From: Candidatus Harrisonbacteria bacterium
Lineage (GTDB): Bacteria; Patescibacteriota; Minisyncoccia; UBA6257; WO2-44-18
Length of the DNA: 64,000 bases
Direction: 5' to 3'
NCBI GenBank assembly: GCA_016182295.1
Contig: JACOXP010000006.1
Coordinates: 9,298 to 73,297, forward strand
The notes below the pieces were generated by a model. The model worked only from the letters and a program-made list of their open reading frames with translations, had not been told where the DNA came from and searched no databases. Below are positions 28,902 through 38,720 of this stretch, in pieces; position 1 is the stretch's first letter; each line of letters starts with the position of its first letter. A program made the position numbers and the translations under genes.

Positions 28902-30071
28902 ATGATGAAATCAAAACCCAAACGAAAGATTTGTTTTCCAATAATGAGTCGTATCCACTACGCTCGACAGCGTGGTCTGTTAGATTTGATTAAAAAGACT
29001 CCGGGCCTCGATCTGCAGTTGATAGTTGGCGGTTCAGTTCTTTTGGATAAGTACGGAGAAAGATTTTTGCCGGCTATAAAGTCCGCCGGTTTTCCAGTGC
29101 ACGAAATTCTTTATAATGTTATCGACGGCGGCAGTCATGTTTCAATGGCAAAGACCGCCGGATTAACCGCTCTAGAAGTGTCCAATTCTTTTCACAAACT
29201 CAATCCCGATATCGTTTTGATTCGTGGAGACCGCTTCGAGCAATTAGCAACCGCGATGGTCGCCGCTTATTTGAATAAAACAGTGGCGCATATTGAAGGC
29301 GGAGACGTTACCGGAACGATTGATGAAAGCGTTCGTCACGCTATTACCAAGTTATCTCATATTCATTTTGTTACCAATGAAGATTCTCGCAGACGTGTTG
29401 TCCAAATGGGGGAAAACCCCGATTTGGTTTTTAATGTCGGATCTCTTGATATTGAATTCGCAGCCAATGTTGATAAAAAAAATAACGGTCAAATAGTAAA
29501 TCAAACCGGCGTTGGAACGGTAATAAACACCCGCAAGCCATTTTTGATGGTTATGCAGCACCCGGTAACCACGGAAAAGAATAATCGTAAAAATATGGAA
29601 ATTACTTTAAAAGCCATAGATCGTTTAAACATGCCCACCGTGGTTTTTTGGCCGAACAGCGACGCTGGCACCAATGAAGTCGCGAAAGCTATCAGAGTGT
29701 ACCGAGAAGAAGGGAGGCTTAAGAATAAAAAAATTCGGTTTGTTACCGATCTTCTGCCGGAAGGTTTTATTGCTTTATTGCGTAGATCAAGCGCGCTTAT
29801 TGGAAACTCTTCGGCGGGCATCAAGGAATCTTCTTATTTAGGCGTTCCGGTGGTTAATATAGGCACAAGACAAAGCAACCGATTACGGGGGGGGAACGTT
29901 ATAGACGTTGACTATGACACTCGGAAAATAGAAAATGCCATTAGAAAACAATTGCGGCACGGGGCATATCCTAAGTCCGATATTTATTACAAACCCGACA
30001 CCAGTAAAAAAATTGTCGATATATTAAAAAAAGTCGATCTTTACAGCCAAAAGAAATTTCATGAAATCTAA
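28902..30071 (+). CDS. neuC: Hydrolysing NDP-N-acetylhexosamine 2-epimerase (NeuC/LegG family)
   Basis: GDRFE, HIEGGD, IDESVRHAITKLSH, QHPVT, PNSDAG, GNSSAG, GTRQ. Confidence 0.9.
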   Translation: MMKSKPKRKICFPIMSRIHYARQRGLLDLIKKTPGLDLQLIVGGSVLLDKYGERFLPAIKSAGFPVHEILYNVIDGGSHVSMAKTAGLTALEVSNSFHKLNPDIVLIRGDRFEQLATAMVAAYLNKTVAHIEGGDVTGTIDESVRHAITKLSHIHFVTNEDSRRRVVQMGENPDLVFNVGSLDIEFAANVDKKNNGQIVNQTGVGTVINTRKPFLMVMQHPVTTEKNNRKNMEITLKAIDRLNMPTVVFWPNSDAGTNEVAKAIRVYREEGRLKNKKIRFVTDLLPEGFIALLRRSSALIGNSSAGIKESSYLGVPVVNIGTRQSNRLRGGNVIDVDYDTRKIENAIRKQLRHGAYPKSDIYYKPDTSKKIVDILKKVDLYSQKKFHEI

Positions 30072-30792
30072 AGTTTTAGGAGTAATTACGGCTCGAGGCG
30101 GTTCCAAAGGAATCCCCGGGAAAAATATCAAACCATTATTGGGCAAGCCGCTTATTGCTTATACAATTGAAGCGGCAAAAAATTCTGGAGTGATCGATCG
30201 GCTAATCTTATCGACGGACGATCCGGAAATCGCAAGGGTGGCTAAAGAATACGGTTGCGAAGTGCCGTTTATGCGTCCGGCGGAGTTGGCTCAAGACAAG
30301 ACTCCGCATTTACCGGTAATGCAGCATGCCGTTCAGTGGCTGAAAGAAAACGAAAACTATTATCCGGATTATGTCATGATTTTTCAACCGACTTCTCCGC
30401 TTCGGCAAGCGTTTCATGTCCGGGAAGCGGTGGAGTTGATCCAGAAAACCGGAGCCGATTCGGTATTGAGCGTCTCCGAAATACCTAATCATTTTACGCC
30501 GCACAAGGCGATGGTAGTGGATGATCGGGGAATGCTTTCTCTTTTTAGCGGAAACCCAATTCGCAAGAGAACCGCCCGTCGCCAAGACCTCGCGAAAACT
30601 TATTGGAGTGTTGGCTCAATCTACCTTTTTAAAACAGATTTGCTTTTTCATTCGGAAGATCCTAATTTTTTTGGCGACACGGTCGCCCGCTGCGAAATTA
30701 ATCCAAAATACGTAGTTGACATCGACGTTCCCGAAGACTGGGAAGAGGCCGAGCGGGCTATGAAAAAATTACAAAATGAGCAGTCACGTTAA
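30061..30792 (+). CDS. neuA: CMP-nonulosonic acid synthetase
   Basis: ARGGSKGIPGKN, STDD, RPAELA, QPTSPLR, RRQD, DID. Confidence 0.93.
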   Translation: MKSKVLGVITARGGSKGIPGKNIKPLLGKPLIAYTIEAAKNSGVIDRLILSTDDPEIARVAKEYGCEVPFMRPAELAQDKTPHLPVMQHAVQWLKENENYYPDYVMIFQPTSPLRQAFHVREAVELIQKTGADSVLSVSEIPNHFTPHKAMVVDDRGMLSLFSGNPIRKRTARRQDLAKTYWSVGSIYLFKTDLLFHSEDPNFFGDTVARCEINPKYVVDIDVPEDWEEAERAMKKLQNEQSR

Positions 30793-31564
30793 TCATCAGA
30801 AAGATATTGACCGAGCTCTGTTTGACCGGATTGCCGTTGAATACGGAAAGAAAGATATACTGGCCTCGTCCAGGTTAGCCCGCCGTTACCAGCTCGAAAG
30901 AGCCGTTAAGCCGATCTTGAAAGAAAGGAAAAACTTGGGAACATTGATAGATTTGGGCTGTGGAATCGGAGCCCCGGCAAAATATTTGTCCGGTAAGTAC
31001 GAAAAATATATCGGTCTAGATTATTCGGAAAAAATGGTTGAGGCCGGAAAAATTTTTCATTCCGGAAACACTAAGGTTGATTTCTTTCCACAGGACGTTA
31101 CTAATATTCAATTGCCTGAAAATTCCGCCGATGTTGTTTTGGGGGTTGGCATTTTGCATCACATACCGATGGCGGAATTGGATAAAACGCTTCAATCGGC
31201 GAGAACGGTCGTTAAGTCCGGAGGCTTCTTGGTTTTTATAGAGCCCCAGCGCGGTAATCCGTTAATTCAGGCAACAAGATGGTTGCGTTCCAGGGTGGAT
31301 GCTTCCTATTCATCGGATCAACATTTCTTTTCCAAAAAAGAATTGGCAGATCTTTTAGACCGCAACGGTTTTACTGACTACCAATTGGAATTTCAAGGAT
31401 TTTTTTCCAAGCCATTAGCCCAAGTAGCGTTGCGTCCCCAGTGGTTAGCCACTCCGATTAGTTGGAAAATGGTAATGATTGATAAGGTTTTAGACAGATT
31501 TCTTCCGTGGCCGTTGAGGTTGCTTAGCTGGGACATTATTGTTCGCGCTCGAGTTTTTAAATAG
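30776..31564 (+). CDS. Class I SAM methyltransferase
   Basis: DLGCGIG, GLDYS, ILHH, EP. Confidence 0.85.
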   Translation: MSSHVNHQKDIDRALFDRIAVEYGKKDILASSRLARRYQLERAVKPILKERKNLGTLIDLGCGIGAPAKYLSGKYEKYIGLDYSEKMVEAGKIFHSGNTKVDFFPQDVTNIQLPENSADVVLGVGILHHIPMAELDKTLQSARTVVKSGGFLVFIEPQRGNPLIQATRWLRSRVDASYSSDQHFFSKKELADLLDRNGFTDYQLEFQGFFSKPLAQVALRPQWLATPISWKMVMIDKVLDRFLPWPLRLLSWDIIVRARVFK

Positions 31565-31583
31565 TTTTGCTATAATCAAGCCC

Positions 31584-32411
31584 ATGAAAGAACTCTCCGT
31601 AATTATACCGGCCTTTAACGAGGAAGCTGGAATCAGCGATGTGCTAGGACGGTTAGAGGAAGTATTGATGGGGAAATTTAAATATGAAGTAATTGTGGTG
31701 GATGACGGTTCTAGTGACAAAACTGGCGAGGTGGCCAAAATGGCCGGAGTGAAAGTGGTGCGGAATCCCGCTAATGCCGGCTATGGCCGGTCTTTGAAAC
31801 GTGGGATTGAGGCGGCAACCCACGAATACGTCGCTATTACTGACGCTGACGGGACTTATCCGCTTAATCGAATTCCTGATCTGGTGGAAAAACTTGATCA
31901 GGGTTTTGACATGGCGGTGGGAGCAAGGACTGGAAAGCATTATTGGGCTGGTCTATTCCTTAACCCCGCGCGCCTCGTTTTTAAATGGTTGAGCGAGTTC
32001 GTTGTTGGTCGAAGAATTCCGGATGTTAATTCCGGTTTGCGAGTTTTCCGAAGAAGCAAGGTAATGCCATTTTTTAACGATCTTTCCAACAGATTTTCTT
32101 TCACGACATCTTTGACATTGATTTTTATATTAAAAGGATATTTTGTGTGTTATCTTCCGATCGAATACCACGCCCGCAAAGGAAAATCTAAGGTGAGCTA
32201 TATCCACGATGCCATGAGAACCCTGCAGATTATCTTCACGATAATTGCCAAGTATAATCCGTTTAAACTGTTTTTTGCCGCCTCCTTGCCGATATTGGCG
32301 GCTACCATTGTCTTTTTAGTTTTTCAACTATGGCTATACGCCATGATCTCCTTATATTTTGTTATTCTGCTGTTACTGTTGGGATTTTTCTCCGCCATAT
32401 TTTCTAAATAA
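31584..32411 (+). CDS. GT2 glycosyltransferase with C-terminal TM helices (GtrB/DPM-like)
   Basis: PAFNEE, VDDGSSD, NAGYG, TDADGTY, DVNSGLR; extended -10 lies 7 nt before ATG 31584. Confidence 0.9.
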   Translation: MKELSVIIPAFNEEAGISDVLGRLEEVLMGKFKYEVIVVDDGSSDKTGEVAKMAGVKVVRNPANAGYGRSLKRGIEAATHEYVAITDADGTYPLNRIPDLVEKLDQGFDMAVGARTGKHYWAGLFLNPARLVFKWLSEFVVGRRIPDVNSGLRVFRRSKVMPFFNDLSNRFSFTTSLTLIFILKGYFVCYLPIEYHARKGKSKVSYIHDAMRTLQIIFTIIAKYNPFKLFFAASLPILAATIVFLVFQLWLYAMISLYFVILLLLLGFFSAIFSK

Positions 32412-32415
32412 ATTT

Positions 32416-34329
32416 ATGACAATTTCCAAAAAGGAAATTCTTTTGGTAACGATTTTATCACTGGTGGTGGGATCGCTTTTTATCGCTCCGCCGCTCGCCA
32501 TTAAATATCACTATGAGCAAGATGGAAATGAATTCGTTTTAGCTCAATTGAAAACTTACCGCGATGAAGTCTACAGCTATCTTCCCCGCGCGCGGGAAGT
32601 TTACGACGGCCGTTTTCCGCCTACAGATTTGTCTTTGGAGGGTTATAAAGCGACTCCCTTTGGATCCGTGCCGCCGCTTTTGTTGGGAGGGTTAATTTAT
32701 GTTTTTCGGGGAGATATGAACGCCGCTTATCTTGCCGCTCAGTTTATCTTTTCGGCGATTATTTTCGCGCTATTATATCTCACCGGCCGATATTTGTTTA
32801 ATTCTTGGCGATGGGCGTTGTTTTTTTCCGCGGTTGGAGCGTTGACTCCCGCGTTGATCAACGTTTTTAATTTTGATTTTAAGGGAGATTTAAAAATTTT
32901 ATTCGATTATACCGTAAAACAGTTTGTACCCTTCGTGAGAACGCAAATTGATAAATTGCGTTTGGCTAGAATTGACGAGCCCCTGCTGACCTATCCGATA
33001 TATTGGGCGGCCATTTTAACCTTTTTAATTTTTTGGAAAAAACCTTCGGTCAAAATGGCATTATCAACGGCCGTATTGTCCGGTTTGCTAGTTTATACCT
33101 ACGTTCATCATTGGATTTATTGGACCATCTTTATAGGTTTGACCTTCCTTTACGCTTTTTGGCGCCGCGGCACGAATCAAAAACTATTTAAAAATTACTG
33201 CGTATTATTGGGATTTTTAGCAATTGTTCTTCTGCCGTTTTTTGTAAACTTTTGGCTGTTTAATCAAAATCCGGGGTCAGTCGACGCTTCTTACAGATTT
33301 ACGGTCTTTGAAACTAGAGAATTGGGTATAGGCCCAAGGCATTATAAGGATTATGTTGCCTATTTAATTTTGGCAATTTTGGTTTGGCTGGCTTTCTTTA
33401 AAAAGCCGAGGAAAATTGACGGAGAGGATTGGTGGCGGCCGAAAGAATGGGGGGTTATTTTCCTGGCATTGATCGGGGCAATTGTCGTTGCCAGAAATAT
33501 CCAGGTCGTTCTTGGAGAAACTATAACTCCCGCAAAATGGGACAATGCTTTTTCTCCAGCTTTTTTTATAATTTTTATCGCCTTAATTTACGATTTTTTT
33601 AAACGTTGGAGCCGGCAGGCGCCGGTAATTGGAAAATGGTCCGGGAGAATTTTGGTTTTACTAAGCGTTTTGGTTTTTGCCAAGTATGCCGTCAATCCGA
33701 TTTCCATTTATTCAAATCCCAACCCAGAAACCTTGGCTTATTATAAATTTCCCAACGAAGTGGTGGATTCCTGGCGGTGGATTAATAATAATCTGGAAAG
33801 CGAGCCGAAAATTTTAACCCCTTCCTACGTTACTTCTATGTATTTGATGAGCTACACTTCGGCTCGACCGTTCGTTCCAAGAGGACTTTTGTCGCTCGCT
33901 TCAAATTTTGAAATTGAGGAAAGATTCCTAATTGCCAATAAGTTTTTTCAAGTGCCGCCAGCCGATTTGAGAATGCAGCTAGCCGGTGAATTTGATCGGG
34001 GTTGCTCGGCATTTGATTGTTTTCCGGACACGGGAATAAACTTAAACAAACCGCTCTTCCAGCTTTATGGGGGGTGGTTCGAGAACCGTAAATTAAAGGA
34101 TTTTTTGAACGATCGTGATCTTACCGAAGCGCGCGATCGGAAGCTTGACGAATTGTTGACGCGGTATAAAAACTTGGAGGCCGATTGGGAGAAAGTGGAT
34201 ATTGATTATATTTATTATGGGCCGTGGGAAAAACAATTGAATGGTGGCAGAACCTTTTGGGGGAATCCCAGTCTGAAGCTTGTTTATGAAAACACCGAGG
34301 TGCAAATCTACAAGTTACTTAATAAGTAA
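32416..34329 (+). CDS. Polytopic membrane protein, GT-C-like, paralogue 2
   Basis: YRDEVYSYLPRAREVYDGRFPPTD is nearly identical to the motif in 20743..22626. Confidence 0.55.
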   Translation: MTISKKEILLVTILSLVVGSLFIAPPLAIKYHYEQDGNEFVLAQLKTYRDEVYSYLPRAREVYDGRFPPTDLSLEGYKATPFGSVPPLLLGGLIYVFRGDMNAAYLAAQFIFSAIIFALLYLTGRYLFNSWRWALFFSAVGALTPALINVFNFDFKGDLKILFDYTVKQFVPFVRTQIDKLRLARIDEPLLTYPIYWAAILTFLIFWKKPSVKMALSTAVLSGLLVYTYVHHWIYWTIFIGLTFLYAFWRRGTNQKLFKNYCVLLGFLAIVLLPFFVNFWLFNQNPGSVDASYRFTVFETRELGIGPRHYKDYVAYLILAILVWLAFFKKPRKIDGEDWWRPKEWGVIFLALIGAIVVARNIQVVLGETITPAKWDNAFSPAFFIIFIALIYDFFKRWSRQAPVIGKWSGRILVLLSVLVFAKYAVNPISIYSNPNPETLAYYKFPNEVVDSWRWINNNLESEPKILTPSYVTSMYLMSYTSARPFVPRGLLSLASNFEIEERFLIANKFFQVPPADLRMQLAGEFDRGCSAFDCFPDTGINLNKPLFQLYGGWFENRKLKDFLNDRDLTEARDRKLDELLTRYKNLEADWEKVDIDYIYYGPWEKQLNGGRTFWGNPSLKLVYENTEVQIYKLLNK

Positions 34330-34352
34330 TTCTGGAGTTGTAAATTAAGAAT

Positions 34353-35309
34353 ATGACTACTCTCATCGCAGAACCAAAGGATTACTCAGAAAAGGCCATT
34401 GCGGCTTATAAGTCGCTAGGGCCGGTTTATTTATTGCCCAAACTGGAAGGAAAAAAACGCGATGAGATTTTACGGCAAGCGAATATTATCGTTTTGCGTT
34501 TAGCTTACAAAATTGACGCTTCCTGGATGGATAAGATGCCGAATTTGAAAGTCATTGCCACGCCGACCACCGGATTAAACCACGTGGACGTGGCTGAAGC
34601 AAAAAAACGTGGCATTAAAATCATTTGCCTCCGCGGCCGCACCAGTTTTCTGAAATATATTCCCTCAACCGCGGAAAAGACAATGGCTTTATTAATGGCC
34701 TCGGTGCGAAAACTGCCGTGGGCTTTTGACCATGTTCGTGAAGGCGGCTGGGACAGGAATCTGTTTAAGGGAAATCAATTGTTGGGCAAAACACTTGGCA
34801 TTATCGGCTTCGGCCGTTTGGGGAAGATTGTCGCGAAATACGCCAGAGTTTTTGGAATGGACGTTGTTGCTTGCGATCCCCATCTCGCGCCAAAAGTTTT
34901 TTCACGTTACGGAGTGCGGCGAGTCAGCATGGAGGAATTATTCAAGAGGTCTGACATTGTTTCGGTCCACGCTTCGCTGACCAATGAAACCACCAACCTG
35001 ATCAAAGAAAAACATTTTCGTTTAATGAAACCGACGGCTCATTTAATCAATACGGCGCGCGGCGAGATTGTTGACGAAAAGGCGCTTTTAAAAGCCTTGA
35101 AAAATAAATGGATGGCTGGCGCGGCGCTGGACGTAGTGTGGAACGAAGCGGGTGATGGCTCTCACTTGAAGGGTAATCCGCTGCTTGCCTATGCCAGGGA
35201 AAATCAAAACCTTTTGATTGTTCCTCATCTCGGCGGAGCTACTTACGAAGCGATGCAAGTCACCGAGGATTTTATCGCCGATTTGGTAAAAAAATATATT
35301 AAGAAATAA
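34353..35309 (+). CDS. D-isomer-specific 2-hydroxyacid dehydrogenase (SerA-like)
   Basis: GIIGFGRLG, INTARG, ALDV, PHLGG. Confidence 0.9.
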   Translation: MTTLIAEPKDYSEKAIAAYKSLGPVYLLPKLEGKKRDEILRQANIIVLRLAYKIDASWMDKMPNLKVIATPTTGLNHVDVAEAKKRGIKIICLRGRTSFLKYIPSTAEKTMALLMASVRKLPWAFDHVREGGWDRNLFKGNQLLGKTLGIIGFGRLGKIVAKYARVFGMDVVACDPHLAPKVFSRYGVRRVSMEELFKRSDIVSVHASLTNETTNLIKEKHFRLMKPTAHLINTARGEIVDEKALLKALKNKWMAGAALDVVWNEAGDGSHLKGNPLLAYARENQNLLIVPHLGGATYEAMQVTEDFIADLVKKYIKK

Positions 35310-35310
35310 C

Positions 35311-35751
35311 ATGGAAAACTTAGCTAAATGTTTTCTGGTTCGTAAATCGGAAATTGATAAAACTTTAGCGACCGCTCCAACGCGGGGCAAGAAACTTTTG
35401 GAACCGCTCAAATCTTTGGCTGCGGCCAATAAGCTCCCGTTAAATATTTTGGAAGACAAAGAGGTTTTGGACAACGAAGCGGAGATTCACAAAAAGGAGG
35501 GTGATCTCTGGCTTTGTCTGAAGGGGGAGGTGAAATTTATTTACGGTGGCGAAATGGTTGATCCCTGGGTCAAAAAGAATGCCGACGGATCTTTGAACGA
35601 GAACGAAATTAAAGCCAAGCAAATTAAAAATGGCATTGAGTCAATTCTCAAACCCGGCGATTGGCTTTGGATTCCCGCCGGCCAGCCGCACCAACATTTG
35701 TGTGTTGGCACCGTTCGGCTTGCAATTATAAAAATTCCTGTTAAGCTATAG
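35311..35751 (+). CDS. Cupin-fold protein, YhcH/NanQ-like
   Basis: EIHKKEGD...GE and LKPGDWLWIPAGQPH cupin motifs; C-terminal IIKIP. Confidence 0.55.
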   Translation: MENLAKCFLVRKSEIDKTLATAPTRGKKLLEPLKSLAAANKLPLNILEDKEVLDNEAEIHKKEGDLWLCLKGEVKFIYGGEMVDPWVKKNADGSLNENEIKAKQIKNGIESILKPGDWLWIPAGQPHQHLCVGTVRLAIIKIPVKL

Positions 35752-35784
35752 CCGTTCTTTCAAAAACTTTTAAAGGAGCTATAA

Positions 35785-36708
35785 ATGATTGGCGAACGCT
35801 GGATGCGTTGGACCTTTGCGGAAGCTGGAACCAAAACCGTTTCCAAATTGCTACAGAAAGTCGTGGGCAATGTCAGTACCACTCTGGCGCACACGTTCTT
35901 TGCGACACTGGTTATCGGATTGGTTCAGACTATCAGCGGCCTGATCGTTTGTCGCGTCGGTAAAAAACCGATTTTTCGGGATGGAACTGGCATTCTCGGC
36001 TCATGCCTTTTTGGCTTTTTTGCCGTAGTCTCAAGCGTGCTTTCCTTCTCGGTTTTCCTTTTAGGCGGCGAAGTCGGCATTAACACTTTTATTATTACGC
36101 TTTCCATCATTCCGGGCGCGCTGATTGACCGATTCTTTTTTGGGAAGCAGCTTTCCGGAAGGGAATGGTTTGGGATTTCTGTGGCGATTTTCGCCGGATA
36201 TTCCGTTCTCGGTTGGCCATCTCCAGCGACGGCGATGAAGTTGCCGCTTTGGGTTTGGTTGTCGTTCGGGATCGCTGTTTCAGTAGCGATTAACCAAGGC
36301 ATTACCCAGAAAGTAAAAAAAGTCGATCCATTTTTTAAGAATTTCTGGGGCGGTTTGACCACAATTGTTTTAAGCTTAGCAGCGGTGACCGTGCTTGGAT
36401 CGTTTAATTTATTTGCCGATTTTTCCAAACCTATGCGGAACCTCTGGCTGGTTTCGATAGTGATCGGCGCCATTGTGGTGGGTATGTGGTCGTTCAATTT
36501 ATTGAGCTATAAAGGAGGCGCTAGTATTGCTCTGAAAAAGCTCGTGATGAATGGTGCTTATCTTATTACCGCGATGCTGGCCGGCGTTTGGCTTTTCGGA
36601 GAATCTCTGACGATTTCGAAACTCGTAGGCATCGGCCTTTTCGTCATTGCCTTTGCTTTAATGGACAGGACGACTTGGGGGTTCATTACTCGGAAACTCC
36701 TCGCTTAG
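35785..36708 (+). CDS. EamA/DMT-family transporter
   Basis: About 10 TM segments in two repeats, LFGESL; SD AAGGAG. Confidence 0.75.
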   Translation: MIGERWMRWTFAEAGTKTVSKLLQKVVGNVSTTLAHTFFATLVIGLVQTISGLIVCRVGKKPIFRDGTGILGSCLFGFFAVVSSVLSFSVFLLGGEVGINTFIITLSIIPGALIDRFFFGKQLSGREWFGISVAIFAGYSVLGWPSPATAMKLPLWVWLSFGIAVSVAINQGITQKVKKVDPFFKNFWGGLTTIVLSLAAVTVLGSFNLFADFSKPMRNLWLVSIVIGAIVVGMWSFNLLSYKGGASIALKKLVMNGAYLITAMLAGVWLFGESLTISKLVGIGLFVIAFALMDRTTWGFITRKLLA

Positions 36709-36720
36709 GCGAGGAGTTTT
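36694..36720 (+). terminator. Intrinsic terminator
   Basis: AAACTCCTCGC-ttag-GCGAGGAGTTT followed by T-rich tail. Confidence 0.75.
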
Positions 36721-36736
36721 ATTTTATACTTTAATC

Positions 36737-37636
36737 ATGTTCATCTGGCTCTTGTTGGCGTTAGGTTCCGCCCTGACCAATTCTTGGGTGCAAGCCCTTT
36801 CCAAAACCGCTGTAGCGGTTAGCCGATACTCAAAAATCACAATCAGTTTTGTGGCGATGGCTTGCGCCTCGCTGATTCTCATCAGCATTTCATATTTTTT
36901 AATAGGCATTCCTGTTTTGCAAGAAGGATTTTGGTTCGCGGTTTTCGCGACCGGTATTTTAAATACCATCGCCTTTCCAACCCTACTTAGGGCTTATCAG
37001 CTCGGCGAATTTTCTTCGGTTTATTCGATGATTCTTCTGACGCCGGTTTTTATGATTCTCACTTCGTTTTTAATTCTTGGAGAAACTCCATCTATGATTG
37101 GCATAATCGGAGTTTTGCTGACGGTTTCCGGTCTTTGGTTTGTGTTTCGAGTTAGCCACAAACACGCCCAATCTCCTAATTTTACGATGGGTAATATTTT
37201 AGGAATAATAGTCGCTTTTATCTATTCCCTGTCGGTTAATTTTGATAAATTAATGATTCTTTATTCAGATCGGGTCTTTGCTCCGGGAATGGCCATAGCG
37301 ATAATGGCCGGCGGTTACGCGATTTATCTTTTATTGAAACACGGCACGCTTCTTGTGAAAATCACGGATCAAACGATGGATAATAACGCCCCAAGATTTA
37401 AAATCCCCGGGGTTTTTATTTTGCTCGCTCTTGGCGTATTGATGGCGGGAAGCAACGTGCTTCATGTTTCCGCGCTAGCGGTCGGCCTCGCTTCTTACAC
37501 CATTGCCGTTAAGCGGACGGGAGTTCTGTTTGGCGTTTTCTGGGGCTGGTTATTTTTCAAAGAGAAGAATATAGGCAAAAAGCTTGTCGGCGTGGCAATA
37601 GCTATTGCCGGCGTTGTGGTAATTTTATTCTCTTAA
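36737..37636 (+). CDS. EamA/DMT-family transporter
   Basis: 10 TM segments, LILGETP, FFKEK. Confidence 0.85.
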   Translation: MFIWLLLALGSALTNSWVQALSKTAVAVSRYSKITISFVAMACASLILISISYFLIGIPVLQEGFWFAVFATGILNTIAFPTLLRAYQLGEFSSVYSMILLTPVFMILTSFLILGETPSMIGIIGVLLTVSGLWFVFRVSHKHAQSPNFTMGNILGIIVAFIYSLSVNFDKLMILYSDRVFAPGMAIAIMAGGYAIYLLLKHGTLLVKITDQTMDNNAPRFKIPGVFILLALGVLMAGSNVLHVSALAVGLASYTIAVKRTGVLFGVFWGWLFFKEKNIGKKLVGVAIAIAGVVVILFS

Positions 37637-37665
37637 TCGATAATCGTTAACCGCTGTCCATATAA

Positions 37666-37698
37666 AGCAAAAAGCCCCTGTGAGGCGGGCTTTTTGCT
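37666..37698. terminator. Bidirectional intrinsic terminator
   Basis: AGCAAAAAGCCC...GGGCTTTTTGCT between convergent genes. Confidence 0.8.
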
Positions 37699-37767
37699 AT
37701 GAGTACAATAGCTTTTACTTTTGGCTTCACTTCTATAACTTAGATGTTTCGGATTTGGTTTCGTAAG

Positions 37768-38085
37768 TTATTTTTGGAAAGTTTTGAGATAGCTAAACAT
37801 AGCTCTTCCTAAATCTCTTAAAATTAGCGCCCCAACGCTCAAAATGAGCATAATAAATATCTGAACGGCGATGTTGGTCTGCAGGAAAGCGCCTAAAAGA
37901 TACTTGGCAAATTCCCAGATATTGGAATCAGAGGCGATTGAGGCATTCTCAATAATTTTTCCAAGAAAGATTTTTCCGGCAAGCAATTTCAAAACGATAA
38001 TCAAAACCGCGACTTGAATCAGAATTAAGGGTAAGATGCGACGTAAAAACCAAATGGTATAAATTTTCCAGAGAAGTTTATTCAT
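37768..38085 (-). CDS. Small 2-TM protein, candidate anti-sigma factor
   Basis: Overlaps the stop of the ECF sigma gene (ATGA); two hydrophobic helices. Confidence 0.55.
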   Translation of the reverse strand: MNKLLWKIYTIWFLRRILPLILIQVAVLIIVLKLLAGKIFLGKIIENASIASDSNIWEFAKYLLGAFLQTNIAVQIFIMLILSVGALILRDLGRAMFSYLKTFQK

Positions 38086-38645
38086 TGTATTGAATCAGCG
38101 CTCAAATTCTTAAACAACCGTTTAGCCCTGAAAAGTCGCATTTTAAGGGTGGTCATGGAAATTTTTTCCAACTTGCAGATATCCTTATATGATTTGTCTT
38201 CAAGATAATAAAATCCGAGAATTCTGCCGAGGTGTTCTGGCATTTTTTCAATGACTGCCTTGACTGCCGCTTTGGCGTCGGAAACCGCGCCCAAATTATC
38301 ATCGTAGCTTAACGGTTTTTCTTCGTCGTAAAGAACGGGATCAAGATATTCCGTTGAATCAGATCGTTTTTTGACGTCTTGATATCGCGTAAAAGCGGTA
38401 TTCATTAAAATTTTGTATGCCCAGCTCTTGAATTCTATACCGGCTCTCTTTTGGAAGTTCTTGCCGTATTTATAAATTTTAACGAAGGTTTCTTGAACAA
38501 TATCTTCAGCGTCTTCTTGTCTTCGAACAATTCCCATCGCTTTGCGAATAAAAGGATCCTGATAGCGGGCAACCAGGAATTTAAATTGAGACGGATCGCG
38601 AAATGATTGGCGCAAAATCTCCTCGTCTGGGGCTTCGGGATTCAT
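38082..38645 (-). CDS. ECF-type sigma-70 factor
   Basis: DAEDIVQETFVK, FKSWAYKI (region 2); SYKDI...TLKMRLFRAK (region 4); TGtTATGGT 7 nt before ATG 38645 (the ORF extends to 38657). Confidence 0.92.
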   Translation of the reverse strand: MNPEAPDEEILRQSFRDPSQFKFLVARYQDPFIRKAMGIVRRQEDAEDIVQETFVKIYKYGKNFQKRAGIEFKSWAYKILMNTAFTRYQDVKKRSDSTEYLDPVLYDEEKPLSYDDNLGAVSDAKAAVKAVIEKMPEHLGRILGFYYLEDKSYKDICKLEKISMTTLKMRLFRAKRLFKNLSADSIQ

Positions 38646-38720
38646 GGCCAATACCATAACAATTTTTTATCAATTGGGCAACTTATTTACTTATAGTCGA
38701 GTTCTATTAAGATAAGTCAC

